Assembly (NCBI GenBank): GCA_964016885.1
Contig: OZ024744.1
Coordinates: forward strand, 99,324,001 to 99,388,000
From: Eledone cirrhosa
Taxonomy: Eukaryota
Length of the DNA: 64,000 nt
Direction of reading: 5' to 3'
The translations under genes and the position numbers were made by a program. The notes below the pieces were generated by a model. That model searched no databases. It saw only the letters and a list, made by a program, of their open reading frames with translations, and had not been told where the DNA came from. Positions within the stretch are counted from its first letter, which is position 1; each line of letters opens with the position of its first letter. Positions 51,201 through 63,094 of the stretch are shown in pieces.

Positions 51201-54200
51201 GTGTGGTGTGGTGTAGTTTGGTGTAGTGTGGTGTAGTGTAGTGTAGTGTAGTGTAGCGTAGTGTAATGTAGTGTAGTGTATGGTGGTGTAGTGTGGTGTG
51301 GTGTAGTGAAGTGTGGTGTGGTGTAGTGTTGTGTAGTGTGGTGTGGTGTAATGTACTGTAGTGTGGTATGGTGTAGTGTGCTGTAGTATGGTGTGGTGTG
51401 GTGTAGCATAGTGTTGTGTAGTGTGGTGTAGTGTGGTGAGGTGTGGTGTAGTGTCGTGTAGTGTGGTGTAGTGTGGTGTGGTGTAGTGTGGTGTGGTGTT
51501 ATGTAGTGTGGTGTAGTGTGGTGTGGTGTGGTGTGGTGTAGTGTGGTGTGGTGTAGTGTAGTGTGGTTTAGTGTAGTGTGCTCGTGTGGTGTAGTGTGAT
51601 GTAGTGTGGTGAAGTGAGGTGTGGTCTAGTGTGGTGTAGTGTGGTGTAGTGTAGTGTAGTGTGGTGTAGTGTGGTGTAGTGTAGTGTGCTTGTGTGGTGT
51701 AGTGTGATGTAGTGTGGTGAAGTGAGGTGTGGTCTAGTGTGGTGTAGTGTGGTGTAGTGTGGTGTAGTGTGGTGTAGTGTAGTGTGGTGTAGTGTGGTGT
51801 AGTGTAGTGCAATTTGGTGCAGTGAGGTGTAGTGTGGTGTAGTGTAATGTAGTGTAGTGTTGTGAAGTGTGGTGTGGTGTGGCGTAGTGTAGTGTAGGGT
51901 GGTGTGGTGTAGTGTGGTGTAGTGTGGTGTAGTGTGGTATAGAGTGGTGTGGTGTATTGTGATGTAGTGTAATAGTGTAGTGTAGTGTTGTGTAGTGTAG
52001 TGTGGTGTTTTGTAGTGTTGTGCAGTGTAGTGTAGTATAGTATGGTGTAGTGTGTTGTGGTGTAGTGTGGTGTAGCATGGTGTAGTGTGGTGTAATGTAG
52101 TGTGGTGTAGTGTGGTGTGGGGTTGTGTGGTGTGTTGTAGTGTGGTATAGTGTAGTGTGGAGTAGTGTCTTGTGGTGTGGTGTAGTGTAGTGTGGCGTAG
52201 TCTGGTGTAGAGTGGTGTAGTGTGGTGTAGTGTAGGTAATGTGGTGTGGTTTAATGTGGTTGGGGTGTAGTGTGGTGTGGTGTAGTGTGGTGTAGTGTAT
52301 GGGGGTATAGTGTGGTCTGGTGTGGTGTAGTGTAGTGTGGTGTAGTGTTATGTAGTGTGGGGTGGTGTAGTGTGCTGTACTGTGGTGTGGTGAAGCGTAG
52401 TGTGGTGTGGTGTAGTGTGCTGTAGTGTGGTGTGGTGTAGTGTGGTGCAGTGTGGTGTGGTGTAGTGGTGTAGTGTAGTGTGGTGTAGTGTGATGTGGTG
52501 TAGTGTGGTGTTTGTGTAGTGTGGTGTGGTATACTGTAGTGTAGTGTAGTGTGGTGTAGTGTGGTGTACTCTGGTGTTGTGTAGTGTGGTGTAGTGTGGT
52601 GTAGTGTAGTATGGTTTTGTGTAGTGTAGTGTGGTGTAGTGTGGTGTTCTGTAATGTATGTAGTGTGGTGTAGCATGGTGTAATGTGATGTCGTGTGGTG
52701 TAGTGTGGTGTAGTGTGATGTAGTGTGGTGAAGTGAGGTGTGGTCTAGTGTGGTGTAGTGTAATGTAGTGTAGTGTTGTGTAGTCTGGTGTGGTCTGGTG
52801 TAGTGTAGTGTAGGGTGGTATGGTGTAGTGTGGTGTAGTGTGGTATAGAGTGGTGTGGTGTATTGTGATGTAGTGTAGTGTAGTAGTGTAGTGTGGTGTT
52901 CTGTAGTGTAATGTAGTGTGGAGTAGTGTGGAGTAGTGTGGTGTAGTGTGGTGTTTTGTTGTGTGGTGCAGTATAGTGTAGTGTAGTATGGTGTAGTGTG
53001 GTGTAGTGTGGTGAGGTGTAGTGTCTTGTGGTGTGGTGTAGTGTGGTGTAGGGTGGTGTGGTGTATTGTGGTGTAGTGTGGTATAGAGTGGTGTGGTGTA
53101 TTGTGATGTAGTGTAGTGTAATAGTGTAGTGTAGTGTTGTGTAGTGTAGTGTAGTGTGGAGTAGTGTGGTGTGGTGTAGTCTGGTGTTTTGTAGTGTGGT
53201 GCAGTGTAGTGTAGTGTAGTATGGTGTAGTGTGGTGTAGTGTGGTGAGGTGTAGTGTCTTGTGGTGTGGTGTCGTGTGGTGTGGTGTAGTGTGCTGTGGT
53301 GTAGTGTGGTTTAGTATGGTGTAGTGTGGTGTAATGTAGTGTGGTGTAGTGTGGTGTGGTGTGGGGTGGTGTGGGGTGGTGTGGTGTGTTGTAGTGTGGT
53401 ATAGTGTAGTGTGGTGTAGTGTCTTCTGATGTGGTGTAGTGTAGTGTGGCGTAGTCTGGTGTAGAATGGTGTAGTGTGGTGTAGTGTAGGTAGTGTGGTG
53501 TGGTTTAATGTGGTTGTGGTTTAGTGTGGTGTGGTGTAGTGTGGTGTAGCGTGGTGTGGTGTAGTGTGGTGTAGTGTGGTGTAGTGTAGTGTAGTGTAGT
53601 GTAGTGTGGTATGGTGTAGTGTGGTGTTGTGTGGTGTCGTGTAGTGTGGTGTTGTGTGGTGTGGTGTAGTGTAGTGTTTTGTAGTGTGGTGTAGTGTCTT
53701 GTGGTGTGGTGTAGTGTGGTGTGGTGTAGTGTGGTGTAGTGTGGTATTGTGTGGAGTGGTGTAGTGTCGTGTTGTGAGGTGTGGTGTAGTGTAGTGTGGT
53801 GTAGTGTGGTGTAGTGTCTTGTGGTGTGGTGTAGTGTGGTGTGGTGTAGTGTAGTGTGGTGTAATGTGGTGTAGTGTGGTGTAGTGTAGTGTGTTGTGGT
53901 GTTGTGTTGTGTAGTGCAGTGTGTTGTGGTTTTATGTGGTGTAGTGTAGTGTTGTGTGTTGTGGTGTTGTGTGGTGTAGTGTAGTGTGGTGTAGTGTAGT
54001 GCTGTTTAGTGCTGTGTAGTGTGGTGTAGTGTGGTGTGGTGTAGTGTAGTGTAGTGTAGTGGAGTGTGTTGTGGCGTAGTGAGGTGTAGTGTGTTTTGGT
54101 ATTATGTGGTGTAGTGTAGTGTGTTGTGGCATAGTGTGGTTTAGTGTGTTGTGGCGTAGTGTGGTGTTGTGTGGTGTAGTGTAGTGTAGTGTGTTGTGGT

Positions 54201-54650
54201 ATTGAGTGGTGTAGTGTAGTGTGTTGTGGTGTTGTGTGGTGTATTGTGTTGTGGTGTTGTGTGGTGTAGTGTGTTGTGGTGTAGTGTGGTGTAGTGTAGT
54301 GTAGTGTGTTGTGGCGTAGTGTGGTGTGGTGTAGTGTGTTGTGGCGTAGTGTGGTGTTGTGTGGTGTAGTATAGTGTAGTGTAGTGTAGTGTGCTGTGGC
54401 GTAGTGTGGTGTAGTGTGTTTTGGTATTGTGTGGTGTAGTGTAGTGTAGTGTGTTGTGGCGTAGTGTGGTGTAGTGTAGTGTGTTGTGGTGTTGTGTGGT
54501 GTAGTGTGTTGTGGTGTAGTGTAGTGTAGTGTGTTGTGGTGTAGTGTAATGTAGTGTAGTGTGTTGTTGCATAGTGTGGTGTTGTGTGGTGTAGTGTAGT
54601 GTTTTGTGGTGTTGTGTGGTGTATTGTGTTGTGGTGTTGTGTGGTATGCT
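45268..54650. repeat. ~9.4-kb degenerate pentanucleotide satellite (GTGTA/GTGTG)n
   Basis: Direct inspection; internal kb-scale duplications. Confidence 0.97.
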
Positions 54651-54944
54651 GTGGAATCTACTCTCGGTTCCCAAATAATTGTGGGGGTGGTGGTTGGAAG
54701 GAAGGAGTTGGAACAAGCGATGATGTTGGAATAAGTGGCGGCTGAAATGCAGTGGAAAATTGGTAATTTTTGTATGTTGTCTCCATTGATTTTTTTTTTT
54801 TAAAACCCGAACTAGTCATTTAGGTTACATATTGAAACCCTAATCTACTTCTTCTTTCTCTTTTATAACACATGGGATTTCTAGAAATGTACTTTTTTTG
54901 TCATGTATAATGGTCTTTAGCATTTACATATTCTATATTTCCAT

Positions 54945-55135
54945 GGGCGGTGAATTGGCAGTATCGGTAGAGAGTCGGACGCCATGCTTTCCAGCATAGT
55001 GTTACGTCCCTTTACGGTCTGAGTTCAAATCCTGTCGAGGTTAACTTTGCCTTTCATCCTTACGGAGTCGATAAAATAAAGTATCAGTAATGTACTGGTT
55101 AATTGCTGGCCTTGTGCCAAAAGTAGAAACAGTTA
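54945..55135 (+). mobile_element. Family-A SINE, full length
   Basis: gggcggtgaattggcagtatcggtagag...gagttcaaatcc...gcctttcatcctt...agtagaaac. Confidence 0.85.
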
Positions 55136-55590
55136 TTCTATATTTACTATTGTATTTTCACGGTAAAGTCTTTACCTCACATAATTATCTCACATAATAT
55201 GGAATTAATGAGATTTTGTTATAATTTATTTTGAGAGCAATACCTTAACATGAGTATGAGTGGCCAGTTACAGCTGGTTTGAACAGAAATAGGTGAGAGA
55301 ATTCTGGCCGGTAAGGGCCGGTTTAAATGCTAAAGGGTTAATGTCTAAAGAAATTTAACTGTTGCAGGAATGCTACTACTTAAAATAAAATTTTGCTGGA
55401 GATAGATTAGTAAAATTTAATAAGTGAGGGTGGGGCGTGGCAGTGGAGGTGGGGGCTGTTATTCAAGACCAGAAAAAATGCAGGGGAGTATTATTCAAAA
55501 TCCGAGAGTATGGAGTATGCCCTGTGTTTCTATGTTCAGTGCTCTGTCTCTCTGTGTGCCATGTTCTATATTCTAAGTTCTAAATCTCAC

Positions 55591-55630
55591 CCAGTACTTC
55601 ATCTGTTTGGCATGGTGCCAAGATGTCAAC
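55591..55630 (-). CDS. Putative internal exon (40 nt; VDILAPCQTDEVL)
   Basis: attaatcag|gttgac...gtactgg|gtgaga; phase 0 to phase 1, compatible with the downstream exons. Confidence 0.5.
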
Positions 55631-55672
55631 CTGATTAATGTATTGAAAGCATTAAAGAACAGATGTAAAAAA

Positions 55673-55991
55673 ATGATGATGATGATTATGGTGGTGGTGA
55701 TGGTGGTGGTAGTGATTTTGATGATGGTGGTGGTGGTGGTGGTGATGGTGGTAGTGGTGGTGGTGATGGTGGTAGTGGTGGTGGTGGTGGTGGTGGTGGT
55801 AGTGATGATGATGATGATGATGATGGTGGTGATGGTGATGGTGGGGATGATGGTGGTGGTGGTGGTGGTGGTGATGACGGTGGTGGTGGTGGTGATGATG
55901 ATGATGAGGATGGTGGTGATGGTGGTGGTGGTGATGCTGCTGCTGCTGCTGCTGCTGCTGTTGCTGGTGATGGTGGTGATGCTGGTGGTGG

Positions 55992-56022
<31 letters not shown>

Positions 56023-56150
56023 GGTGGTGGTGGTGGTGATAATGATGATGATGTTAATGGTAGTGGTGGTGGTGGTGGTGATAATGATGATGATGATCAT
56101 GGTGTTGTTGGTGGTGGTGGTGGTGGAGGTGGTGGTGGTACTGGTGGTGG

Positions 56151-56182
<32 letters not shown>

Positions 56183-57250
56183 GCAGTGGTGATGATGGTG
56201 ATGGCGGTGTTGATGACAATGATGGTGGTGGTGGTGGTGTTGGTGGTTGTGGTGGTGGTGGTGATGATGGTGGTGGTGGTGGTGGTGGTGGTGGTGATGT
56301 TAGTGGTGGTGATGATGGTGGTGGTGGTGGTGGTGGTGGAGGTGGTGGTGGTGGTGATGGTTGTGGAGGTGGTGGTGGTGGTGGTGATGATGGTGGTGGA
56401 GGTGGTGGTGGTGGTGATGGTTGTGGAGGTGGTGGTGGTGGTGGTGATGGTTGTGGAGGTGGTGGTGGAGGTGGTGGTGGTGGTGGTGGTGGTAGTGGTA
56501 GTAGTAGTGGTGGTGGTGGTAGTGGTAGTGGTCATGGTGGTATTGATGATGGTGGTAGTGGAGGTGATGATGACGACGACAACAACAAATAGAAAGATCA
56601 TGATGATAACAATGATGATGATGATGATGATGATGACGACGATGATGATGACGACACTGATGATGCTGATGATGACGATGATGACAATGATGATGATGAT
56701 GACGACAATGATGACGACACTGATGATGCTGATGATGACGATGATGACAATGATGATGATGATGACGACAATGATGACGACACTGATGATGCTGATGATG
56801 ACGATGATGACAATGATGATGATGATGACGACAATGATGACGACACTGATGATGCTGATGATGACGATGATGACAATGATGATGATGATGACGACAATGA
56901 TGACGACACTGATGATGCTGATGATGATGATGATGACAATGATGATGATGATGACGACAATGATGACGACACTGATGATGCTGACGATGATGATGATGAC
57001 AATGATGATGATGATGACGACAATGATGACGACACTGATGATGCTGACGATGACGATGATGACAATGATGATGATGATGACGACAATGATGACGACACTG
57101 ATGATGCTGACGATGACGATGATGACAATGATGATGATGATGACGACAATGATGACGACACTGATGATGCTGACGATGACGATGATGACAATGATGATGA
57201 TGATGACGACAATGATGACGACACTGATGATGACGATGATGACGATGATA
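55673..57250. repeat. (GGT/GAT)n microsatellite, becoming a 63-bp higher-order (GAT/GAC) repeat at ~56640-57250
   Basis: cactgatgatgc recurs every 63 bp. Confidence 0.93.
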
Positions 57251-57569
57251 CAATCGACAACATTGTTATTGATGAAATTATTTTCAACAAATGTTAGAAT
57301 TCACTTAATCTTGTAAGTTTGCCAGGACATCCCACCTGCACCTCCTCCACCTTTTACCTTCCCTTTCCATTATCGATTCTTTTCGTATGGGCACAACACC
57401 AAATTATTTAAAGGAACTGTGGTGTGGGGTCGACTAAATTAACCTGTGTATATTACTGGTATTTACTTTATCAACCCCACATGTATCAACTCTCTCACAG
57501 TCTCTTGCACTCATTTAACTGTCAAAATATTGATCATTTTGTCTATAATCACTACATATAGTGCAACTG

Positions 57570-58040
57570 ACAAACTGTCAATTATTTTGACCATATTCAT
57601 TGCTGTCATTTGACTGTCAAATTATCAATTATTTTGACGATATCCATTGCTGTCATTTGACTGTCAAATTGTCAATTATTTTGACCGAATCCATTGCTGT
57701 CATTTGACTGTCAAATTATCAATTATTTTGACCGAATCCATTGCTGTCATTTGACTGTCAAATTATCAATTATTTTGACGATATCCATTGCCATCATGTG
57801 ACTGTTAAACTGTCAATTATTTTGACCATATCCATTGCTGTCATTTGACTGTCAAACTGTCAATTATTTTGACCATATCCATTGCTTGACATTTGACTGT
57901 CAATCTGTCACTTATTTTGACCATATCCATTGCCTGTCATTTGACTGTCAATCTGTCATTTATTTTGACCTTGTTCATTGCTTGTTGTTTGACTGTCAAA
58001 CTGTCAATTATTTTGTTTATGTCCATTACTTGTCAGTTTA
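57570..58040. repeat. 47-48 bp minisatellite (~10 copies), unrelated to the RTE satellite
   Basis: Unit tttgactgtcaaattatcaattattttgaccatatccattgctgtca with internal palindrome tttgac-t-gtcaaa. Confidence 0.9.
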
Positions 58041-58302
58041 TTTCTATCATACTACTACCACTTCTATCCACCTCCTCCTCCTCCTCCTCCTCTCCCTCTT
58101 CTTCGCCCCCTCATCCTCCTCCTCCTCTTCCTCCTCTTTTCATCCTCCTCTTTCCCCCTCCTCTTCACTTTCTGTTTCCCCTCCTCTTCCTCTTCCTCTT
58201 CCTCTTCCTCTTCCTCTTCCTCTGCATCCCCACTCCTCTTTTCTGCCTCCTCTTCTTCCTCCTCTTTCTTTAAGCAAACTACATTATATATATATATATA
58301 TA

Positions 58303-59128
58303 CTAGCAGCTGAGCCCGGTTGCACCCGGGGCCACTTTTTATTAAGTTAATAATTTGAAAAATATTATTGAAAGTTTATTATAAAGAAGCAGTTTCAGGA
58401 AAAAAAAGATAGAAATATGCACTTGGGGCTGGACGGCGTACAATGAGAAGTGGAGCGACGTGAAAAGCGTTGTTTATTAACAGCGAAATAGTAATGTCGA
58501 TGATATGCAATTTGAAAAATACTACTTACTGTTGGTGATGGTTAACATGTATTAGAATTAAAATAAAAACACGCGTCCCTTCTTCGCAATTTAAGGGTTT
58601 TATTTCTTTTGATGGAAAACAGTGACCGTACTGCCGAATCGATTTCATAAAACGGTATTGTATGATCGTTAAATGTAGAAGGATGATAGTTTATTAACAG
58701 CGAAATAGCAATGTCGATGATATGCAAGTTTAAAAATGTATATTATGAAGGTTTGTAAGATAGTTTACACTTTTTCCTGAAACTGCTTCTTTATAATAAA
58801 CTTTCAATAATATTTTTCAAATTATTGGTACTGTATATTAACAATGAAAGAACGTTGATGAGTTTAAAAATTTGTATGAAATTGTAAATAACTCAGCCAA
58901 GTATTAGAACAGGGGGAAATAACTCACCGAACGCGATAGTAAATAGACCGTTTGGGCGCCCTAGGGACCACATTATTAAAGTTAGAGATTTGAAACTTCG
59001 TCTATTTGCTTCCTTGGCACTTTTTACATAGGTGTGTAAATTTTCATGTCCGTCCGACCACGTCTACTACCATTTAACCGTGCATATCTGAATTTCAACC
59101 ACCACCCATTTCAGAAATATATATTAGA
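58303..59128 (-). mobile_element. Non-autonomous Helitron
   Basis: Minus strand 5'-TC; 3' hairpin ccgggtgcaaccggg followed by CTAG; inserted in (TA)n. Confidence 0.65.
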
Positions 59129-59308
59129 TATATATATGTATGTATGTATATATAGGAGATCAATAGCAGTGGATATAACATGTGTGTATTACCAAGTACA
59201 TTAAAGCTCAATGTGTTGATCTCATATGGAAAAACACAGAGCATAATTATTCAATTCAGGTGATGAACCAAAGGCTCAAAGGCTTGATGGAGTTCAAATC
59301 ATTTATTC

Positions 59309-59430
59309 ATTTCTATGATCGTTTCAATTTATTGAAATGTAATTGTAGTCGTCTGTAACAGTTTGCAGATTAATTAATTAATTATATTGACGAATATAGC
59401 AATTACATTTCAAAAATCTCTTCAGGAAAT
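59309..59430 (-). ncRNA. Type I hammerhead ribozyme, intact core, long stem II
   Basis: atttc-CTGAAGA-gattt.ttgaaatgtaattg...caattacatttcaa.aaatt-GAAA-cgatca-TA-gaaat, followed by aataaa. Confidence 0.72.
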
Positions 59431-59939
59431 AAACGTTTTGACATGATGTATAATTGTCCCATTTACCAAATAGGCATGCAAATAAGCAATGTACAGAAAT
59501 AAAAGCCACACAGATTTTCAAAAGCAAATGTGAGAGGTGAATAAATAAAGGTGAGAAAAATATTTATGTATATAGGAGTCATGAAATATAAGGGTGTGTA
59601 TGTTTGTATACAGAGCAGTGAAGGGAAAAGTGGAGTGAGCATATATAGTCGGCTTGTATTAGTTGTAAGAGAAGATTTTAATGATCATGAGAGAGCGATA
59701 GGAATCTAGGGGTGAATGTTCAAGCGTGTGTGATAATGGACGGGGTATTAGGGAAATTGGGGAGGTTAGTTGAGTCCAAGAGGGAAATAGGACCCAAAGC
59801 GGTGAATCAGACTTTGTTCAGTCCTGGTGCGCGAAGCCTGTGATCCATGATGTAAAAGGACACCCAGGACTGAAACATGTAGGGAAGAATGACCAGGAGA
59901 ATAGAAATGACGGGCAACAGATATGTATATATATATGTA

Positions 59940-60012
<73 letters not shown>

Positions 60013-60134
60013 GTATATATGTATATATGTATATATGTATATTGTATATATATTCAATAAAACACAAATAGAAGGCCAAACTGGAAAATTTACTAAGAAA
60101 TTTAATTTCGCGAAATCACAGTACATATATTTCG

Positions 60135-60415
60135 ATGGCCTAGAGGTAAGAGTGTTGAACTTACTCTCATAATGTCATGGGTTTGATTCCTGGGCTGTGT
60201 GTTGTGTTCTTGAGCAAAACATTTCATTTCACGTTGCTCCAGTATACTCAGCTGGAAATGATTAGCAGTAATAGCTGGAGGTTTAACCCTGCGATGGACT
60301 GGCATCCTGTCCAGGGGGGAGTCTTGTACTCTCAGAGGCTTCATGCCATGAAACTGGGATAAGCACCGGCCAAATGAATCATTTGGCTTAAAACAGACTT
60401 TAGACTTTAGACTTA
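60135..60415 (+). mobile_element. tRNA-derived SINE (family C, V-domain-like)
   Basis: tggcctagaggt (A), gggtttgattcc (B), ttgagcaaaacattt core, cctgcgatggactggcatcctgtccagggg, (gacttta)n tail. Confidence 0.7.
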
Positions 60416-60595
60416 AATATATACATATATTTATATATATATATATATATATATCTCAGAAGGTGTCATATTGTTTGATATTAGACTTTGTATTCTTTTT
60501 ACACAATTTTGGTTTCCTTCTTTCTAACCTCATCTAATATCTAATCTTGCATATTTTGAATTATAACAAAACATATAATGATAAGTATATATATA

Positions 60596-61900
60596 CAGGG
60601 TGTGGACAATATTTGTTTGCAATTTTCAACTGCTAATTTTATGCAAATTTTTTTTTACTTCCGTTGTCACTCTTGTCTTCATAAAAAAAGTGACTATATT
60701 TCCATTATTTATTTTCAGAATAATTGATTACAAATAAGTTTGAACCTCCAAATTTGTGGAAGAGACACAAAGTTCTTCTTGGAATCCGCGCCGGGAGGAC
60801 AAATAAGGAAATTTCAGACTTTTTCAGCGTCAGCAGGAGAATGGTGGAAAAGGTCAGAAAGGAATTGGAAGATTCAGGATTCGACTACGAAGCAACATCA
60901 GAGAGGAAAACACATGATCGACGATCTGACGCCTTCAGAATGCCCGAGTTCGTCGCTGAAGTTCGGGATATCATCAACAATGAACCTAGCAAGTCGATGC
61001 GTGCCATTGCAAAGGAGAAAGGCGTGGATGAAAAGCTCATTAGGCTGGTGGTACATGAAGACATTCGCTACATTTCATACAAGATGAGGTAAGGACAATT
61101 TCTGTCAAAGGCGATGCAAGAAAAGCGACTGAAACATGCAAAGAAGTTGATCAACAAGTTGAAACACCCACTGGAGCCAGACATGCTGTGGTTTTTCTCC
61201 TACGAGAAAAACTTCTGCCAAGACCAGAAGATCAACTCCCAGAACAACAGGTGGCTCGCTGTCTCATCCAAAGACGTGCCCAGAGTCATGCAGACAAAGT
61301 TTCCAGCAACAACATTGGTCTTAGGTGTCGTCAGCAGTCAAGGTGACATCATGCCACCTCACTTCTTCCCTGAGGTCCTCAAGCTGAACACCGATGGCTA
61401 CATCCACGTTCTGAGTGAGGTAGTAAAGCCCTGGATCGACCAGGTAGCTGCAGGTAGGCCGTACGTGTGGCAGCAAGACTCAGTGCCCTGCCATACTAGC
61501 CGAAAGACCCAAGCCTGGCTGTCAGATAACTTTGTCAACCACACTTCACCTGACATCTGGCCTCCCAGCTCACCTGACTGCAATCCCCTCGTCTTCTTTG
61601 TGTGGGGCGCAGTGGAACGAGATACCAACAGATCTAGCTGCAATACGAAAGACGATCTGAAGGCCAGGATCACAAGTGCCTTTAGGGGCCTAAGTCGGGG
61701 GACAGTGACAAAGACCTGTAGCCGGTTCCGAGGCCGCCTTGAGGCCGTCATCAAAGCGAATGGCGGGTTTATCGAGTGAGATCGAAAGAACAAGTCATGA
61801 AGACAAACTGCCCCAAGTTTGATAAATATATCTTAAAAAATAAAACTACCTTTTTTTTTTTTCTAGACAGTAATCTTGCGAACAAATATCGTCCGCACCC

Positions 61901-61902
<2 letters not shown>
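60596..61902 (+). mobile_element. Tc1/mariner DD37D (maT-type) transposon, complete but defective
   Basis: TIRs cagggtgtggacaatatttgtttgcaa / ttgcgaacaaatatcgtccgcaccctg, TA TSD. Confidence 0.93.
60724..61779 (+). pseudogene. DD37D transposase with an internal stop and mutated catalytic residues
   Basis: HTH N-terminus; in-frame TAA at 61090-61092; FSYEK (D>Y), QQD, 37 residues to SPDCNPLV (D>V). Confidence 0.9.
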
Positions 61903-61946
<44 letters not shown>

Positions 61947-61994
61947 ATAGAATGCCGTTAGCTTCTTGCTAAAACAATCTCTATACCTCTCATT

Positions 61995-62044
<50 letters not shown>

Positions 62045-62182
62045 CACATATATATATATGTGTGTATATACACACCCACACACATACATATATATATGCT
62101 CTCTTGCTGCATTAAGTGTGGCCGTAACTCGAGTACGGGTATAAATTTATGGTACCCATTTACAAGTGTTAAATATAATAAT

Positions 62183-62290
62183 AATTGTTTCTACTTTTTG
62201 GCACAAGGCCACCAATTACCCAGTGCATTACTGGTACTTTATTTTATCGAGCCCGTAAGGATGAAAGGCAAAGTCAACCTCAGCGGGATA
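62183..62290 (-). mobile_element. Family-A SINE 3' half
   Basis: gtttctact..ggcacaaggcc..ctggtactttattttatcga..aaggatgaaaggcaaag. Confidence 0.8.
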
Positions 62291-62482
62291 TATAATAATA
62301 ATGAAATTATTGTGTACTATAACTCATCAAAGGTGCATGTATAGTACATAGAATAATGTACAAATGTGTTGTATTCAGGCAAATAACTTTGTGTCTACTC
62401 TGGGATTTTTACATAACCTTATCTATTGAGTACGCTGAGATGCAACCGGTACTATCAAGGAAACCTTATCCAAGTACATTCT

Positions 62483-62538
62483 TTCTCTGTTAGTAGGCTG
62501 ACAGAAGTAGCTACCTCTGTCAGCCTACTAACAGAGAA
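62483..62538. repeat. Perfect 23-bp inverted repeat with a 10-nt loop
   Basis: ttctctgttagtaggctgacaga-agtagctacc-tctgtcagcctactaacagagaa. Confidence 0.9.
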
Positions 62539-62662
62539 CAAAGGACAAACACGGACAGAGATATGAACTCTCCTTTCAAAATATATATGTAAAAATGAAT
62601 TTTTCTTCCACTTTTTATTATTATTTGTATAAATATGCAACTTTACCATATTATGCATATCC

Positions 62663-62700
62663 GCAGTTGACAATGGATATAATGCTGAAACCGGTACCAT
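62663..62700 (+). ncRNA. Minimal hammerhead-like motif with U3-A8 core
   Basis: cag-TTGACAA-tggatataatgct-GAAA-ccgg-TA-ccat; stems I and II decayed. Confidence 0.5.
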
Positions 62701-62836
62701 TATTAAATGTGGAAATATCCTCTTTATAAATAAATAAATGTTTTGATATTACACTGAAAGAATCTCTTCAGCATTTTCTACTGAAAAATCTTTTTCCTTT
62801 CTACTATTTGTTTTTATATATTTCAACTCGTGTGTT

Positions 62837-63090
<254 letters not shown>

Positions 63091-63094
<4 letters not shown>

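Noticed and set aside
56640-57250. Repeated CTGATGA motifs
   Set aside because: Arise by chance in (GAT)n; no GAAA or stems
42999-57316. Poly-Glu/Lys, HHTTPHYTT and poly-Val/Met ORFs
   Set aside because: Microsatellite and pentamer-satellite translations; some span an N gap
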